Below, one piece after another: positions 39,248-49,688 of a stretch of DNA of 64,000 nucleotides. Positions within the stretch are counted from its first letter, which is position 1; each line of letters starts with the position of its first letter. The notes beneath the pieces were generated by a model that saw only the letters and a list, made by a program, of their open reading frames with translations, was not told the DNA's origin and did no database searches. The position numbers were made by a program, and so were the translations under genes. Origin of the DNA: an uncultured Verrucomicrobiae bacterium (GTDB lineage: Bacteria; Chlamydiota; Chlamydiia; Chlamydiales; Rhabdochlamydiaceae); contig OY970364.1 in assembly GCA_963718565.1 (NCBI GenBank), forward strand, positions 1,216,001 through 1,280,000, written 5' to 3'.

Positions 39248-41002
39248 TTATGTGGAACTTGAATTGTTATACGCTTCGAGAAGAACTTGAGAAACTTCCC
39301 TTGTCGAATTGAGGCGCAAGACACGCCCCGCAAGCTCATAAGCGCTCAAAAGGCTTGTTTGCCGAATGGATCGTTTGACAATGGGAATATAACGGGGTGA
39401 ACAGGAAAGCTGGTCGACGCCAAGGCCGAGAAGTAGAGGCACGAAAAGTGGATTAGAGGCAATTTCGCCACAAATCGTGACGCTTTTGCCATAGCGCTTG
39501 GCCTCAGTGTTGACCATCTTGATCATCCTTAATACGCTGGGATGCGCTGGGTAGCAAAAATCGCTCATTGCCGGATTGCTGCGGTCGATGCCGAGGGTGT
39601 ATTGAACAAGATCGTTGGTGCCAATGGAAAGAAAGTCGCTTCTTTTTGCAAGGGCATCACAAATCAATACGGCGGAAGGAACCTCGATCATACAGCCGAC
39701 AGGAATGTTTGATTTAAATGGAATTCCTTGTACAGACAAGGATTGTTCCACTTCATGAATAAGTGTTCGCGTCGTTTCCAGTTCGCTAAGGTCAGAAATC
39801 AAAGGGAGTAGAATGCGGACATCGCCATGGGTTGCAGCTCGCAAAACTGCTCGAAGCTGGATTCTAAAAATTTCCAGATGGCAGAGCAAAAAACGAATCC
39901 CTCGACAGCCTAGCACGGGATTCGGCTCTCTTTCTGCTTCGGGAAAAAGTTCAGGGTTTTTGTCGCCCCCCACATCGAAGACGCGAATGACAATCGGTAA
40001 GTTGCCAACACTCTGGATCAACTTGACGTAAGCAAGATATTGGCCTTCTTCTGAAGAGATTAAATCCCGATTTTGAAAAAAAAGATACTCTGTACGAAAT
40101 AAACCCACTCCTTCAGCACCGATCTGTTGGATGTTTTCTAAATCGTTGATATTGCCTATGTTAGCGTGAACTTGAATCGAACACCCATCGATTGTTTCTG
40201 CATTGTACTGCAACTCTTTTTGAAGCAGTTGTAAAGAAGTCTTCAGGCAAGTTTTGCGTTGCTTATATTTTTTTATAGTCGCAGGTTTCGGATTGAAAAT
40301 CAGATCACCTGTCTGCCCATCGACAATGACAGAGCGCGATGAGATGTTCTGAAGCGCTGTAATATCAATGCAAGCAACATAAGGAATTCCCTTAGCACGA
40401 GCAATTAAAGCGGCATGAGAATTTCCTCCACCCGATTGTGTGACAAAAGCACTGACAAGACAGTGCTCTGCGGAGGCAGTATGTGAGGGGATCAGTTCTT
40501 TAGCAAAAACAATAGAATTGAAAGGAACATGGGAAAGGGAATTTCCTTTGCAGGGGCATAGGTGACCAAGAACGCGTTTGGCCAGGTCCATGACATCGAC
40601 AAGCCGCTCATGAAAAAATGGATTTGTCGTTTGCGAAAAACGCTTTTCATAATCTGTGATAACAGATTGAAATACGGACTCCGTGTTTTGTAGCATTTGA
40701 CGGATTTTCTCTTCCATGTGCACTGTCATGAGCGGATCATCGAGCATGGAAATATGAGAATCGATGATCGTTGCTGCATCTTCGGAGGCCTCCATGGCTA
40801 AGTGATTGCGCAACTCGGTTAAATCCTCACGGCTGGAAAATAGGGCGCTTCGGTAACGAGCGATCTCACGATCAACTTCTTTCAAAGTAATGGGAAATTC
40901 GGGAATTTCTTTTTCAACAGATTCCAGGAAAAAAGGGATACCGATAGCAATTCCATCGCTGACCGGGAATCCACGGATCAATATTTCTTCCTGGTTCGTC
41001 AT
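39248..41002 (-). CDS. ptsI: PTS enzyme I
   Basis: GGGNSHAALIAR, GVGLFRTE, EPNPVLGCRGIR, MIEVPSA, SIGTNDLVQY, CGE. Confidence 0.95.
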   Translation of the reverse strand: MTNQEEILIRGFPVSDGIAIGIPFFLESVEKEIPEFPITLKEVDREIARYRSALFSSREDLTELRNHLAMEASEDAATIIDSHISMLDDPLMTVHMEEKIRQMLQNTESVFQSVITDYEKRFSQTTNPFFHERLVDVMDLAKRVLGHLCPCKGNSLSHVPFNSIVFAKELIPSHTASAEHCLVSAFVTQSGGGNSHAALIARAKGIPYVACIDITALQNISSRSVIVDGQTGDLIFNPKPATIKKYKQRKTCLKTSLQLLQKELQYNAETIDGCSIQVHANIGNINDLENIQQIGAEGVGLFRTEYLFFQNRDLISSEEGQYLAYVKLIQSVGNLPIVIRVFDVGGDKNPELFPEAEREPNPVLGCRGIRFLLCHLEIFRIQLRAVLRAATHGDVRILLPLISDLSELETTRTLIHEVEQSLSVQGIPFKSNIPVGCMIEVPSAVLICDALAKRSDFLSIGTNDLVQYTLGIDRSNPAMSDFCYPAHPSVLRMIKMVNTEAKRYGKSVTICGEIASNPLFVPLLLGLGVDQLSCSPRYIPIVKRSIRQTSLLSAYELAGRVLRLNSTREVSQVLLEAYNNSSST

Positions 41003-41003
41003 G

Positions 41004-41270
41004 TTATTCCCCGAACTGACTTTCAAAAGCATCGACGATTTTTTGCATGATCATTTCAGCGTCATCGCCATCGACAACAATCGTAATCAGCGAATTCTTA
41101 GTCGCTGCAAGCATCAGTATGCTCATAATGCTTTTGGCGTTGATCGTCTCTTTACGATGGGTAAAAGAAACGTCAGATGCCGTTCCTTGCAACAGCCTCA
41201 CAATGACCGTGGCTGGACGAGCATGCAACCCGAGAGCATTTTTAATGCGAACTTTGCGCAGAAGTTTCAC
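41004..41270 (-). CDS. ptsH: Phosphocarrier protein HPr
   Basis: GLHARPA (His15) and NAKSIMSILML (Ser46). Confidence 0.95.
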   Translation of the reverse strand: MKLLRKVRIKNALGLHARPATVIVRLLQGTASDVSFTHRKETINAKSIMSILMLAATKNSLITIVVDGDDAEMIMQKIVDAFESQFGE

Positions 41271-42216
41271 GAATCTTCTTCCTTTCCTTTTGCTTTTTTG
41301 AGATCGTCTCCAGTAATTTTATATTGAATTCCTTCGCAGAATTGTAGCCCATTTCTTTTAAGCGATGATTCAATACGATTGTCTCTATCAAGAGGACAAC
41401 ATCGCGTCCTGGTTTGACCGGCAAAACATGATAAGGGACATTGACACCAAGAATGTCGCAATATTTTTCATCCAAGCCAATTCTATCGTAGAATCGGCGA
41501 TCGTCCCATTCTTCTAGTTTCACGATCAACTCAACAGTTTTGTGATCGCGCACGCAGACTGCTCCATAAAGATGAGCGACATTGATAATTCCAATTCCCC
41601 GAATCTCCATTAAGTGACGAGTCAACTCAGGGCCCGAACCTTCTAAGCTGGCACCTTCTCTCAACCGTATTTTGACGACATCGTCCGAAATGAGCCGATG
41701 CCCTCTTTCGATTAATCCTAGAGCGGCCTCGCTTTTTCCAATCGATGAATCTCCCTGAATGAGAACACCCACTCCAAATGCTTCCACAAGAGTTCCATGA
41801 CAAGTCATTGTTGGAGAAAACTCTTCATTGAGAAGCAAGGTCATCTTACTGAGCAGGTTCATCGTCGTCATACTTGCACGGAATAGAGGAATTCCATCTT
41901 GCTCACAACATTGAATCAACTCTTGTGCAGGCTGAAAACGCCCAGCGACGATCACTGCAGGAGTCTGTGGTGTCAGAAGATTTCTCAATCTCTCCAAGCG
42001 TGTTTCTTTACTCAAATCTTTTAAGTATAAAGTCTCGACGTTGCCAAAAATGAGAATGCGCTGGCTGACATAACCTTTCAAGTAGCCGGAAAGGGAAAGA
42101 CCAGGCCGATGCACTTCCGGAACTTTGATACGCCGTTTCATCCCCTTCTTTCCAGCAACCAGCTGTAGCCCGAGGTGCTCCCCATATTTGCCTAGTAAAT
42201 TCTGGACCGAGTACAT
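41242..42216 (-). CDS. hprK: HPr kinase/phosphorylase
   Basis: HRPGLSLSGY, GDSSIGKSEAAL, HRLISDD, MEIRGIGII, PVKPGR. Confidence 0.94.
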   Translation of the reverse strand: MYSVQNLLGKYGEHLGLQLVAGKKGMKRRIKVPEVHRPGLSLSGYLKGYVSQRILIFGNVETLYLKDLSKETRLERLRNLLTPQTPAVIVAGRFQPAQELIQCCEQDGIPLFRASMTTMNLLSKMTLLLNEEFSPTMTCHGTLVEAFGVGVLIQGDSSIGKSEAALGLIERGHRLISDDVVKIRLREGASLEGSGPELTRHLMEIRGIGIINVAHLYGAVCVRDHKTVELIVKLEEWDDRRFYDRIGLDEKYCDILGVNVPYHVLPVKPGRDVVLLIETIVLNHRLKEMGYNSAKEFNIKLLETISKKQKERKKIRETSAQSSH

Positions 42217-42381
42217 GCCATCTCTTACGTTAGAGGGGATTGTAAAACATCCTCTTGAGGAGTTTATCAGCTCTAACCTTTTTTGAAAGTCAAAAAACAA
42301 CAGTTGCATTTTAATCGTATTTGGAAAAAATTCTTGGTAATTGCGTTTTGTTTACAATTACCCGTGTTCGTTGAGAACTAT

Positions 42382-43650
42382 ATGGCTTATACGAAAGTTG
42401 TGATTATTGGAGGAGGGTTCGGAGGATTAAATGTTGCAAAATCTCTTAATCACGCCAAGCTCGACGTCCTTTTAATCGATAAGACTAATCACCATCTCTT
42501 TCAACCACTGCTTTACGAAGTGGCTACGGCTGCCCTTTCCCCCGGAGAAATTGCGACGCCATTACGAGAAATTCTTCGGCATCAAGGAAATACCACAGTG
42601 ATCATGGGAGAGGTCATCAAAATCGACAAAAACAATAAGCAGATCACGATCGCAAATGGCGATATTTACGGCTATGATTATCTCATCATTTCCATTGGGG
42701 CCCGCCACTCCTATTTTGGCAGAGAAGACTGGGAACGATTTGCCCCAGGCCTAAAAACAATTAACGATGCATTAAAGATCCGTGAACAAGTCTTAATTTC
42801 TTTCGAAAAAGCTGAAAGACTCGACAGCATTTCTGAGGCAGCTAAATACTTAAACTTTGTGGTGATCGGCGGTGGACCAACAGGAGTGGAAATGGCCGGA
42901 GCCATCGCTGAAATTGCGTACAAAACGATGTTCAAAAACTTTCGGAGGATAAAACCTGAAGAGTCAAAGATCTACCTCATCGAGGCCCTCCCTCAAATCC
43001 TTCCCATGTATTCGGGCAAGCTTGCAAGCAGCGCGGTAAAAATTTTAGAAAAAATGGGAGTCAAAGTCCTTACCGGAAAAAAGGTGACAGACATCAATGA
43101 AAGTGGAGTCAAAACCGAGGACCTATTTATAGAATCAAAGAATATTATTTGGGCCGCTGGCAACCAAGTTTCTCCGATGCTCGCAACTCTCGATGTCCCT
43201 CTGGATCGCGCTGGTCGTGTGATCGTCGGCCCGGATTTAAGTATCCCTGATCATCCTGAAGTCTTCGTCATCGGCGATGCAGCACACTTCGTTGGCAAAG
43301 AAGGGAAACCGCTTCCTGGCGTTGCTCCAGTTGCAATTCAAGAAGGCAACTATGTTGCAAAGCTCATCAAAAATGCGATCCCAAAAGAAAAACGCCAACC
43401 CTTTGTCTATTTCGATAAGGGAAACTTGGCCACCATAGGAAAGGCTAAGGCAATCGCAATGATCGGCAAATTGGAGATTAGCGGCTTTTTGGCATGGCTA
43501 ATGTGGACTTTTGTGCATATCCTTTACCTGATCGGCTTCAGAAATCGCCTCGGGGTCATGATCGAATGGGCAGCAACAATGTTTACTGGCGAAAGAGGAG
43601 TGCGCCTCATTACTCGTCCTATCGATCGAGAAATCCCTAAAACCAAATGA
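42382..43650 (+). CDS. ndh: Type II NADH dehydrogenase
   Basis: GGGFGG, HLFQPLLYEVATA, GGGPTGVEMAG, WAAG, DKGNLATIG. Confidence 0.92.
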   Translation: MAYTKVVIIGGGFGGLNVAKSLNHAKLDVLLIDKTNHHLFQPLLYEVATAALSPGEIATPLREILRHQGNTTVIMGEVIKIDKNNKQITIANGDIYGYDYLIISIGARHSYFGREDWERFAPGLKTINDALKIREQVLISFEKAERLDSISEAAKYLNFVVIGGGPTGVEMAGAIAEIAYKTMFKNFRRIKPEESKIYLIEALPQILPMYSGKLASSAVKILEKMGVKVLTGKKVTDINESGVKTEDLFIESKNIIWAAGNQVSPMLATLDVPLDRAGRVIVGPDLSIPDHPEVFVIGDAAHFVGKEGKPLPGVAPVAIQEGNYVAKLIKNAIPKEKRQPFVYFDKGNLATIGKAKAIAMIGKLEISGFLAWLMWTFVHILYLIGFRNRLGVMIEWAATMFTGERGVRLITRPIDREIPKTK

Positions 43651-45176
43651 CAGATGCCAAGGCCCATTTCATGGAGGGAATTAGAGAAGCCTTTTCCACT
43701 TTCTGGAGAAGAAATCCCGCACTTTTTTTCAGTCTTTGCCTTCTTCTCGGCATAGCAGCCAGTTTTCGCTCTTATTGGCTCTTATTTCTATTCTTTGTCG
43801 TGTTATGCAGCTCCACGCAGCAAAAACGGACCTGGATTATAGCATCGCTCTGTTTTTTTGGAGCCTATGCGACAACGCTCCACCGTTATCCCAAAGTTGT
43901 CCTACCGCAAGAGAAAATCTCAGGAAAAGGAATTTTTCATATTGACCAAGTCAAAATACAGTCATCGCCATTCTATAAGTCGATTCTCTATAAAGGGACC
44001 CTGAAGAACTTTGAGGCAAGTGAAAAAAAAGTTTACCGCGATCTTCCTTGCCATGTTTATCTTCCTTTCTATGGTCATCGCCCACCTGCAAATACCGATT
44101 ATGAAATTTGCGGTACACTCTCCCAAAAGGCTGATTACGTCTTTATTTTAAAGCCGGAAAAGAAAAGTAGATGGAATGCTGTTCCCTCTTTTTTTAATAT
44201 CTCTGAGTGGAGATTCTCTCTTAAGCAAGATGTTTCCGCTTATTTAAAAAAAGAAATTCCCGCCCCTGAGGTCCGATCCTTTCTCAATGCTCTAACTACA
44301 GGAGATATTGACGAACGCATTTTAAGTATGGAATTCGGAAAAGTCGGACTTCAGCATATTTTGGCGATTTCGGGCTTTCACTTTGCTTTAATCGCCTGGT
44401 TTTTAAATTGTATTTTACGCTTATTTTTTTCCTTTCGCATGACCATTACATTGCTGCTGATCGCATTAACACTTTATTATTTTTTTTTAGGAAACGCTCC
44501 TTCCATTCAAAGAGCCTACATCGCAATTGCCTTAGTTGCCTTCGGCCAGATTTTTTCTTTACGAACTTCAGGGTTAAATGCTTTGGGAACCGGACTCATC
44601 ATTGAACTGCTTTTGAATCCCCTCGTCGTCACGCAGCTTAGTTTTCAATTGACGTTCCTGTGTACACTGGGAATCCTTCTTTTTTATCCATCCATGCATC
44701 GGTTGATGTCCATTCTTCTCCCAGAAAGATCCTACAAAGATGTTCTTCGATTCGGCCTGCTCGACCGCCACGGCTATTTAGTATCCGCACTTTTGCGCCG
44801 CGCTATAGCACTTAATCTTGCTGTTCATTTGATCTCTCTTCCAGTGCTTCTATTTTTGTTCCACTCCTTCCCTTTATTAAGTATCGCCTATAATCTTTTC
44901 TTTCCTGCCTGTGTCACATTGTCCATGCTTCTGCTCTTCGCAGCTTTTTTCTTTGCTCTGTGGCTGCCTATGCTCAGCCATGCGATTCATTGGCTAAACA
45001 ATTTCTGGACTTCGATGATGATCACTCTGACATCCCATCCTCCAGCTTTTCTAGATTTTTCGCTGCGCACAAAATCGCTCTCTTTTTCCTTTGTCATCTG
45101 CTTTCTTTTCTTCAGTTTTTTTCTAGGAGTCTTCTTCTATGAAAAAGAGCGGAATACAAAATTATCTTATCAATGA
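43647..45176 (+). CDS. comEC: ComEC/Rec2 competence membrane protein (no metallo-beta-lactamase domain)
   Basis: GLQHILAISGFHF, APSIQRA, LSFQLTF; multiple TM segments. Confidence 0.85.
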   Translation: MTDAKAHFMEGIREAFSTFWRRNPALFFSLCLLLGIAASFRSYWLLFLFFVVLCSSTQQKRTWIIASLCFFGAYATTLHRYPKVVLPQEKISGKGIFHIDQVKIQSSPFYKSILYKGTLKNFEASEKKVYRDLPCHVYLPFYGHRPPANTDYEICGTLSQKADYVFILKPEKKSRWNAVPSFFNISEWRFSLKQDVSAYLKKEIPAPEVRSFLNALTTGDIDERILSMEFGKVGLQHILAISGFHFALIAWFLNCILRLFFSFRMTITLLLIALTLYYFFLGNAPSIQRAYIAIALVAFGQIFSLRTSGLNALGTGLIIELLLNPLVVTQLSFQLTFLCTLGILLFYPSMHRLMSILLPERSYKDVLRFGLLDRHGYLVSALLRRAIALNLAVHLISLPVLLFLFHSFPLLSIAYNLFFPACVTLSMLLLFAAFFFALWLPMLSHAIHWLNNFWTSMMITLTSHPPAFLDFSLRTKSLSFSFVICFLFFSFFLGVFFYEKERNTKLSYQ

Positions 45177-45226
45177 CTTGAAAAAAATGTAGCTTACATC
45201 GATGATCGGCATAATTTTTTTTACTT

Positions 45227-45241
45227 GAGGGCAATTCCCTC
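45227..45241. repeat. 15-bp collapsed footprint of the GAGGG MITE family
   Basis: ACTT-GAGGGCAATTCCCTC-ACTT (4-bp TSD retained). Confidence 0.7.
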
Positions 45242-45276
45242 ACTTGATCTTCGCTAAAGGAAAATGGAATGGACTC

Positions 45277-46341
45277 ATGAAAAAACGAAATATAGGAATA
45301 GCTGGAATCGTTCTAGCAGCATCTTCTAGCTTATGTGCGGATGAATATCCCTCCTCTACCCAAGGCAAAGAAGCGGGAGGCCTCGTTAATCCTTCCAGTC
45401 GTTTTCAAGTAGACAATGGTTGGAATCTCTTTCTGGATGGCGAATTCTTATGGTGGGTAGCCAAGGAAGACGGACTTTATTATGCCCAAAATGGATTCAC
45501 AAATTTAGAAACGACAGCGGTTCCGCCAGATGGAACGGTGGATTTTGATGGTCATTTAGAAAAAGTCCATCCCCATTGGCATCCTGGATTTAGGATTGGT
45601 TTTGGAGGAAACATGTCCTATGATGAATGGGATATCTTCCTTAATTGGACATGGTTCAGATCCCATGCGGAAACAGAGAGACGAGGACTTCTGCTCGTTC
45701 TTTGGGGACACCCTGACGTCAATAGCGATGGGAACACGGCAAAAGGCGCTCTGACAGCCAAAGGTAATTGGCGTTTACACTATAACATCCTTGATTTGGA
45801 AATGGGGCGCGCATTTTGGGTAGGGAAGCATTTTGCACTCCGACCCTTCTTTTGTATCCGCGGCGCTTGGATCGATCAGAGTTTTAAAATTAAATACGAT
45901 TTGACGACAACTCCCATTACCGATGTTCGCCTCAAAGCAGAATCTGAATTCGAGGGAGGTGGCATCCGTGCAGGTTTTGATACGCGCTTTACTCTTTGGG
46001 GAGGCTGGAGTTTTTATGGTATTGCTTCCGCTTCCATGCTTTATGGGCATTACGATTGCGATTTTCGCGAAAAGTGGGAATCTGTAAAGATCGCTGTCTC
46101 CAAAGATGGATTTCATCAAGCTGCATCTACAGCTCAACTTGCGCTGGGAGTTCGCTGGGATGGTTATGTCCATGCCGACAGATACCATGTTGGGCTTTAT
46201 GCAGGATGGGAACAAAATATCTGGTTCGGCATCAACAAAATGAATCGTTTTTTTTCTAACTTTAACGATGGCGATTTGCAGCAAATGAATAACGATCTCA
46301 CACTACAAGGCGGCACATTTGGTATACGCTTTGACTTCTAA
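45277..46341 (+). CDS. Lpg1974/MOMP-like outer-membrane porin
   Basis: Signal peptide; FLWWVAKEDGL, GFRIG, LDLEMGR, LRPF, C-terminal GIRFDF. Confidence 0.82.
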   Translation: MKKRNIGIAGIVLAASSSLCADEYPSSTQGKEAGGLVNPSSRFQVDNGWNLFLDGEFLWWVAKEDGLYYAQNGFTNLETTAVPPDGTVDFDGHLEKVHPHWHPGFRIGFGGNMSYDEWDIFLNWTWFRSHAETERRGLLLVLWGHPDVNSDGNTAKGALTAKGNWRLHYNILDLEMGRAFWVGKHFALRPFFCIRGAWIDQSFKIKYDLTTTPITDVRLKAESEFEGGGIRAGFDTRFTLWGGWSFYGIASASMLYGHYDCDFREKWESVKIAVSKDGFHQAASTAQLALGVRWDGYVHADRYHVGLYAGWEQNIWFGINKMNRFFSNFNDGDLQQMNNDLTLQGGTFGIRFDF

Positions 46342-46357
46342 CTCTAGGAAATAAGAC

Positions 46358-47455
46358 ATGTGTAACAGAAACTTTCCCAGTGTGATCAGAAAAAAAATGA
46401 TTCATTTTGCAACTGCCTCACTCCTGTCAAGCCTAGTTTTTATTCCCTGTCCAAAGAGCCAATGCCTAGAAAAAACACCCATCAGCCAAACCCCCGATGA
46501 CCACGTCAATTATCCAAGTAATTTTCAAGTTGAAGGCGGAGTAAATCTATTGATTTATGGAGATTATCTTTATTGGATTGCTCAAGAAGATAGTCTGTAC
46601 TATGCGCATACCGGACTCGGGTCTGGGACGGCTGCGTTCCCGCCCGATGGCAGCGACAATTTTAAAGGGCATCTCAAAAAAGTCAAGCCTGAATGGGATA
46701 GCGGCACCCGCATAGGATTAGGCTTAAATTTTCCCAAAGCAGGTTATGATCTTGTCGCCTACTGGACCTGGTTTTCAACAGATGCTTCTAATTCAGTTTC
46801 CACATCCCATGGAACATTATTTTCAATCTGGGCTCACCCCGACAGCACCTCTACTTCTTCTGATACATTTGCTAAAGGCAAATGGGATCTCAATATGAAC
46901 CTCTTTGATCTAGAATGGGGGCGCTCTTCTTGGTTTGGGGGTCATTTTTCTTTACGCCCCTTTTTTGGGCTGCGCGGTCTATTGCTTGAACAGGAGCTGA
47001 AAAACAAATACGCTTATCACACTTCTCCAGAGGTTTTCAGTAGACTGCATTCCGCATCCGACTTTCACGGAGCAGGCATGCGCACCGGCGCGGATGTTCG
47101 TTTTGCAATGGGATATGGATTCTCAATCTATGGAATTGCTTCGGGCTCGCTTCTTTACGGACAATTTGATTGCGATTTTCGCCTCAAAGAAAATTCGTTC
47201 ACTATCGCCCATTCGAAAGATCGTTTTTGGCGAGGGATCTCCTCTTTACAGCTCGCTTTAGGTCTTGGCTGGGACACCCACTTCGCTAAAGACCGCCTAC
47301 ATATCGAATTTCATGCAGGCTGGGAACAAAATCAATGGTTCAGCGTCAACCAAATGAACCATTTTATACAAGAGATCGGAAATGGGATCTTCTTTCAAGA
47401 AAATAGCAACTTATCTCTGCAAGGGCTTGTCGCTGGCGGCCGCTTTGATTTTTAA
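46358..47455 (+). CDS. Lpg1974/MOMP-like outer-membrane porin (tandem paralogue)
   Basis: YLYWIAQEDSL, DLEWGR, LRPFFGLRG, GWEQNQWF, C-terminal RFDF. Confidence 0.82.
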   Translation: MCNRNFPSVIRKKMIHFATASLLSSLVFIPCPKSQCLEKTPISQTPDDHVNYPSNFQVEGGVNLLIYGDYLYWIAQEDSLYYAHTGLGSGTAAFPPDGSDNFKGHLKKVKPEWDSGTRIGLGLNFPKAGYDLVAYWTWFSTDASNSVSTSHGTLFSIWAHPDSTSTSSDTFAKGKWDLNMNLFDLEWGRSSWFGGHFSLRPFFGLRGLLLEQELKNKYAYHTSPEVFSRLHSASDFHGAGMRTGADVRFAMGYGFSIYGIASGSLLYGQFDCDFRLKENSFTIAHSKDRFWRGISSLQLALGLGWDTHFAKDRLHIEFHAGWEQNQWFSVNQMNHFIQEIGNGIFFQENSNLSLQGLVAGGRFDF

Positions 47456-47457
47456 TA

Positions 47458-47514
47458 TCTGAAGTTTGGACTGATTTCACTCGCTTCGCTCACGAAATCA
47501 GTCCAAACTCCAGA
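47458..47514. repeat. REP-like hairpin
   Basis: agtttggactgatttc / gaaatcagtccaaact around loop actcgcttcgctcac. Confidence 0.7.
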
Positions 47515-48100
47515 ATATAATAACTTGACTCACCTTACTCACCTTACGCAAATCGGTAAAAATTTCTTGACAAGGCCTGTCTTTTTTTCGTAGTCTTGTT
47601 CAATTTTTTGGAGAAAAAATGAACAGACTACTCGATATCTATTCGGATTACTTGATTGCTCAGAATCAATATGCAACAGCAGTTGGTCTCTCAGATCTCT
47701 TAGAAGGCCGGATTAGTCATGACAAAATTACTAGATTTTTGAACAGCAATGAATTTTCATCCAAAGAGCTATGGGAATACATCAAGCCGGAAATTCGCAA
47801 GATTGAACAAGATGTAGAAGGAGTGCTTATTTTTGATGACACGATTGAAGAGAAGACCTACACGGACGAAAATGAGATTATTTGTTGGCATTACTCGCAT
47901 GCCAAGGGAAGATGTGTGAAGGGGGTCAACCTTTTATCATGTCTTGCTCGCTACGGAGATATTGCCTTACCCATTGCTTATGAGCCTATTTATAAAGACG
48001 TGCTTTTTTGTGATGTCGCCAGCAAAAAAGTAAAAAGACAGTCTTCAGTCAGTAAAAATCAAATGTTTCGATCTATGATTGCCCAAGCTGTAACCAATAA

Positions 48101-48948
48101 TGGGGTGTAAACTTTGATCCATATTTGAAATTTTCTCTGAGCAACAATTCCGGCAAGAAACGGTAACATCCCCCCTCTGATATTAAACCCTCTGACTCGT
48201 CCCAGTTATATTCCCAGCGTCCTACGGCGCTGTTCCGATACATCGAGATCGGCTCAGGAAGAGCCGCTCTCGATGTATCGGGCTTTATTGATGCAATACT
48301 TTGTAGGGGGATATTGAAAATTCTCTTCTAAGGAAATTTTTTTGACTCTGTTAAAACAATCATGCAAAATGGCTCGTCTTAATTTTAGGAGAGCAGCTCT
48401 ATGAATGTTCCATCACGAGATTGGCGTAAGCGAAGCCATCGTCTTTGCGAGAGTCGCGATGAATTCAAAGCGAGAAATCGCGAGAAAGCAGAAAAAATTA
48501 AGGCACTAGAGGGTAAAGCATTAGATCTTGAGCACAGTAGAGCCCAGTGGAAAAAGAAGTGTGAAGAAAAAACTCAAGAAAATAAAGCCTTAAAAAATGA
48601 AATCGCAGAAAAAGAGGCTTTGATCGAGGCAGAAAGAAAATTACGCGAACAAGAGGCTGTTACCCATGCTAAAGAGTTCGAAGAACTTAAAAAAAAATGG
48701 CAGATGCAGCAACAAGCCTCCCGGGGGAACAAGACAAAAAAATCCCTCGTCGGCGCTATTCGGCAACTGTTATCCTGATATCGCTGAATATTGGCGAGAC
48801 AATTTATTCGCAAAGGCGTCAGCTCTTTAATCCTTTTAGGAAACGGAAGAAAAAACGAGGGCAGCTGCCTCTAGATAATGGGGGACTGGATCATACTGGA
48901 TTTTTTACTGGTAATGTTGTGAATTTCTGAAAGAAAGTTTACACCCCA
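48101..48948 (+). mobile_element. Unclassified 848-bp non-autonomous element
   Basis: 15-bp TIR TGGGGTGTAAACTTT / AAAGTTTACACCCCA; 9-bp TSD AACCAATAA (48092-48100, 48949-48957). Confidence 0.9.
48401..48778 (+). CDS. Coiled-coil orfA of the 848-bp element
   Basis: RBS AGGAG; SRDEFKARNREK...SRAQWKKKC; A9 run before overlapping -1 frame ORF at 48697. Confidence 0.6.
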   Translation: MNVPSRDWRKRSHRLCESRDEFKARNREKAEKIKALEGKALDLEHSRAQWKKKCEEKTQENKALKNEIAEKEALIEAERKLREQEAVTHAKEFEELKKKWQMQQQASRGNKTKKSLVGAIRQLLS

Positions 48949-49688
48949 AACCAATAAGGTTAAATTTGACTATATATTGTCTGATAATTGGTTCGGAGCG
49001 AAAAAAAATATGGAGTTTATTCATTATGATATGAAAAAGAAGTTTGTAATTGGGATCAAAGCTAATCGATTGGTCGCTCTTTCTGAAGAGGACAGAAAAA
49101 ATGGTCAGTACCAAAATCTAAATGCATTACCACTCAAGGATGGAGAAAAAAGAATAGTCTGGCTAAAAGACATGTCTTTTTCTGTAGCACTCATTACAAA
49201 GATCTTCAAAAACGAAGACGGCTCTACAGGCACTCTATACCTTGTTACAAATGACTTAGAAAGTAGTGCTGACCGAATCTACGAAATCTACCAAAAACGG
49301 TGGCGCATAGAAGAATATCACAAATCGATCAAGCAGAACGCTAGCCTTGAAAAATCGCCGACTAAGGTTCTGCGCTCTCAAAAGAATCATATTTTTGCAT
49401 CAATCATCGCTTATTGCAAGTTGGAATTTCTCCGAACTCAAACTTTTTTGAATCATTTTGCTCTGAAATATCAATTACTGATGAAGGCAAATCGAATGGC
49501 ATTTTTAGAACTTGAACGGCTGCGGTTCAGAACTGGTTGCGATATGGTTGGAGCCCATTTTGCGTAAGGTGAGTTAGATACGATAGCGGCGGGAATCTCC
49601 ACCACTATTATGGAGCGGATGGCCTTCTGCAAGTGTTTGCTTATGATTACAAAGGAAGGTTAAACAAGCTCGAACACTTTAAGAGGGG

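Larger units (their letters stand above)
47619..49567 (+). pseudogene. IS701-family transposase split by an 848-bp insertion
   Basis: ISHDKITRFL, IFDDTIEEK; removing the insert restores AVTNKVKFDYILSDNWF; KRWRIEEYHKSIKQ. Confidence 0.88.
47537..49574 (+). mobile_element. IS701-family element, interrupted
   Basis: TIR ACTCACCTTACGCAAA / TTTGCGTAAGGTGAGT enclosing the split transposase. Confidence 0.85.

Noticed and set aside
48120..48400. Leader of the 848-bp element as an omega/HEARO-type guide RNA
   Set aside because: No HNH or RuvC motifs in the downstream ORFs; only one clear hairpin.
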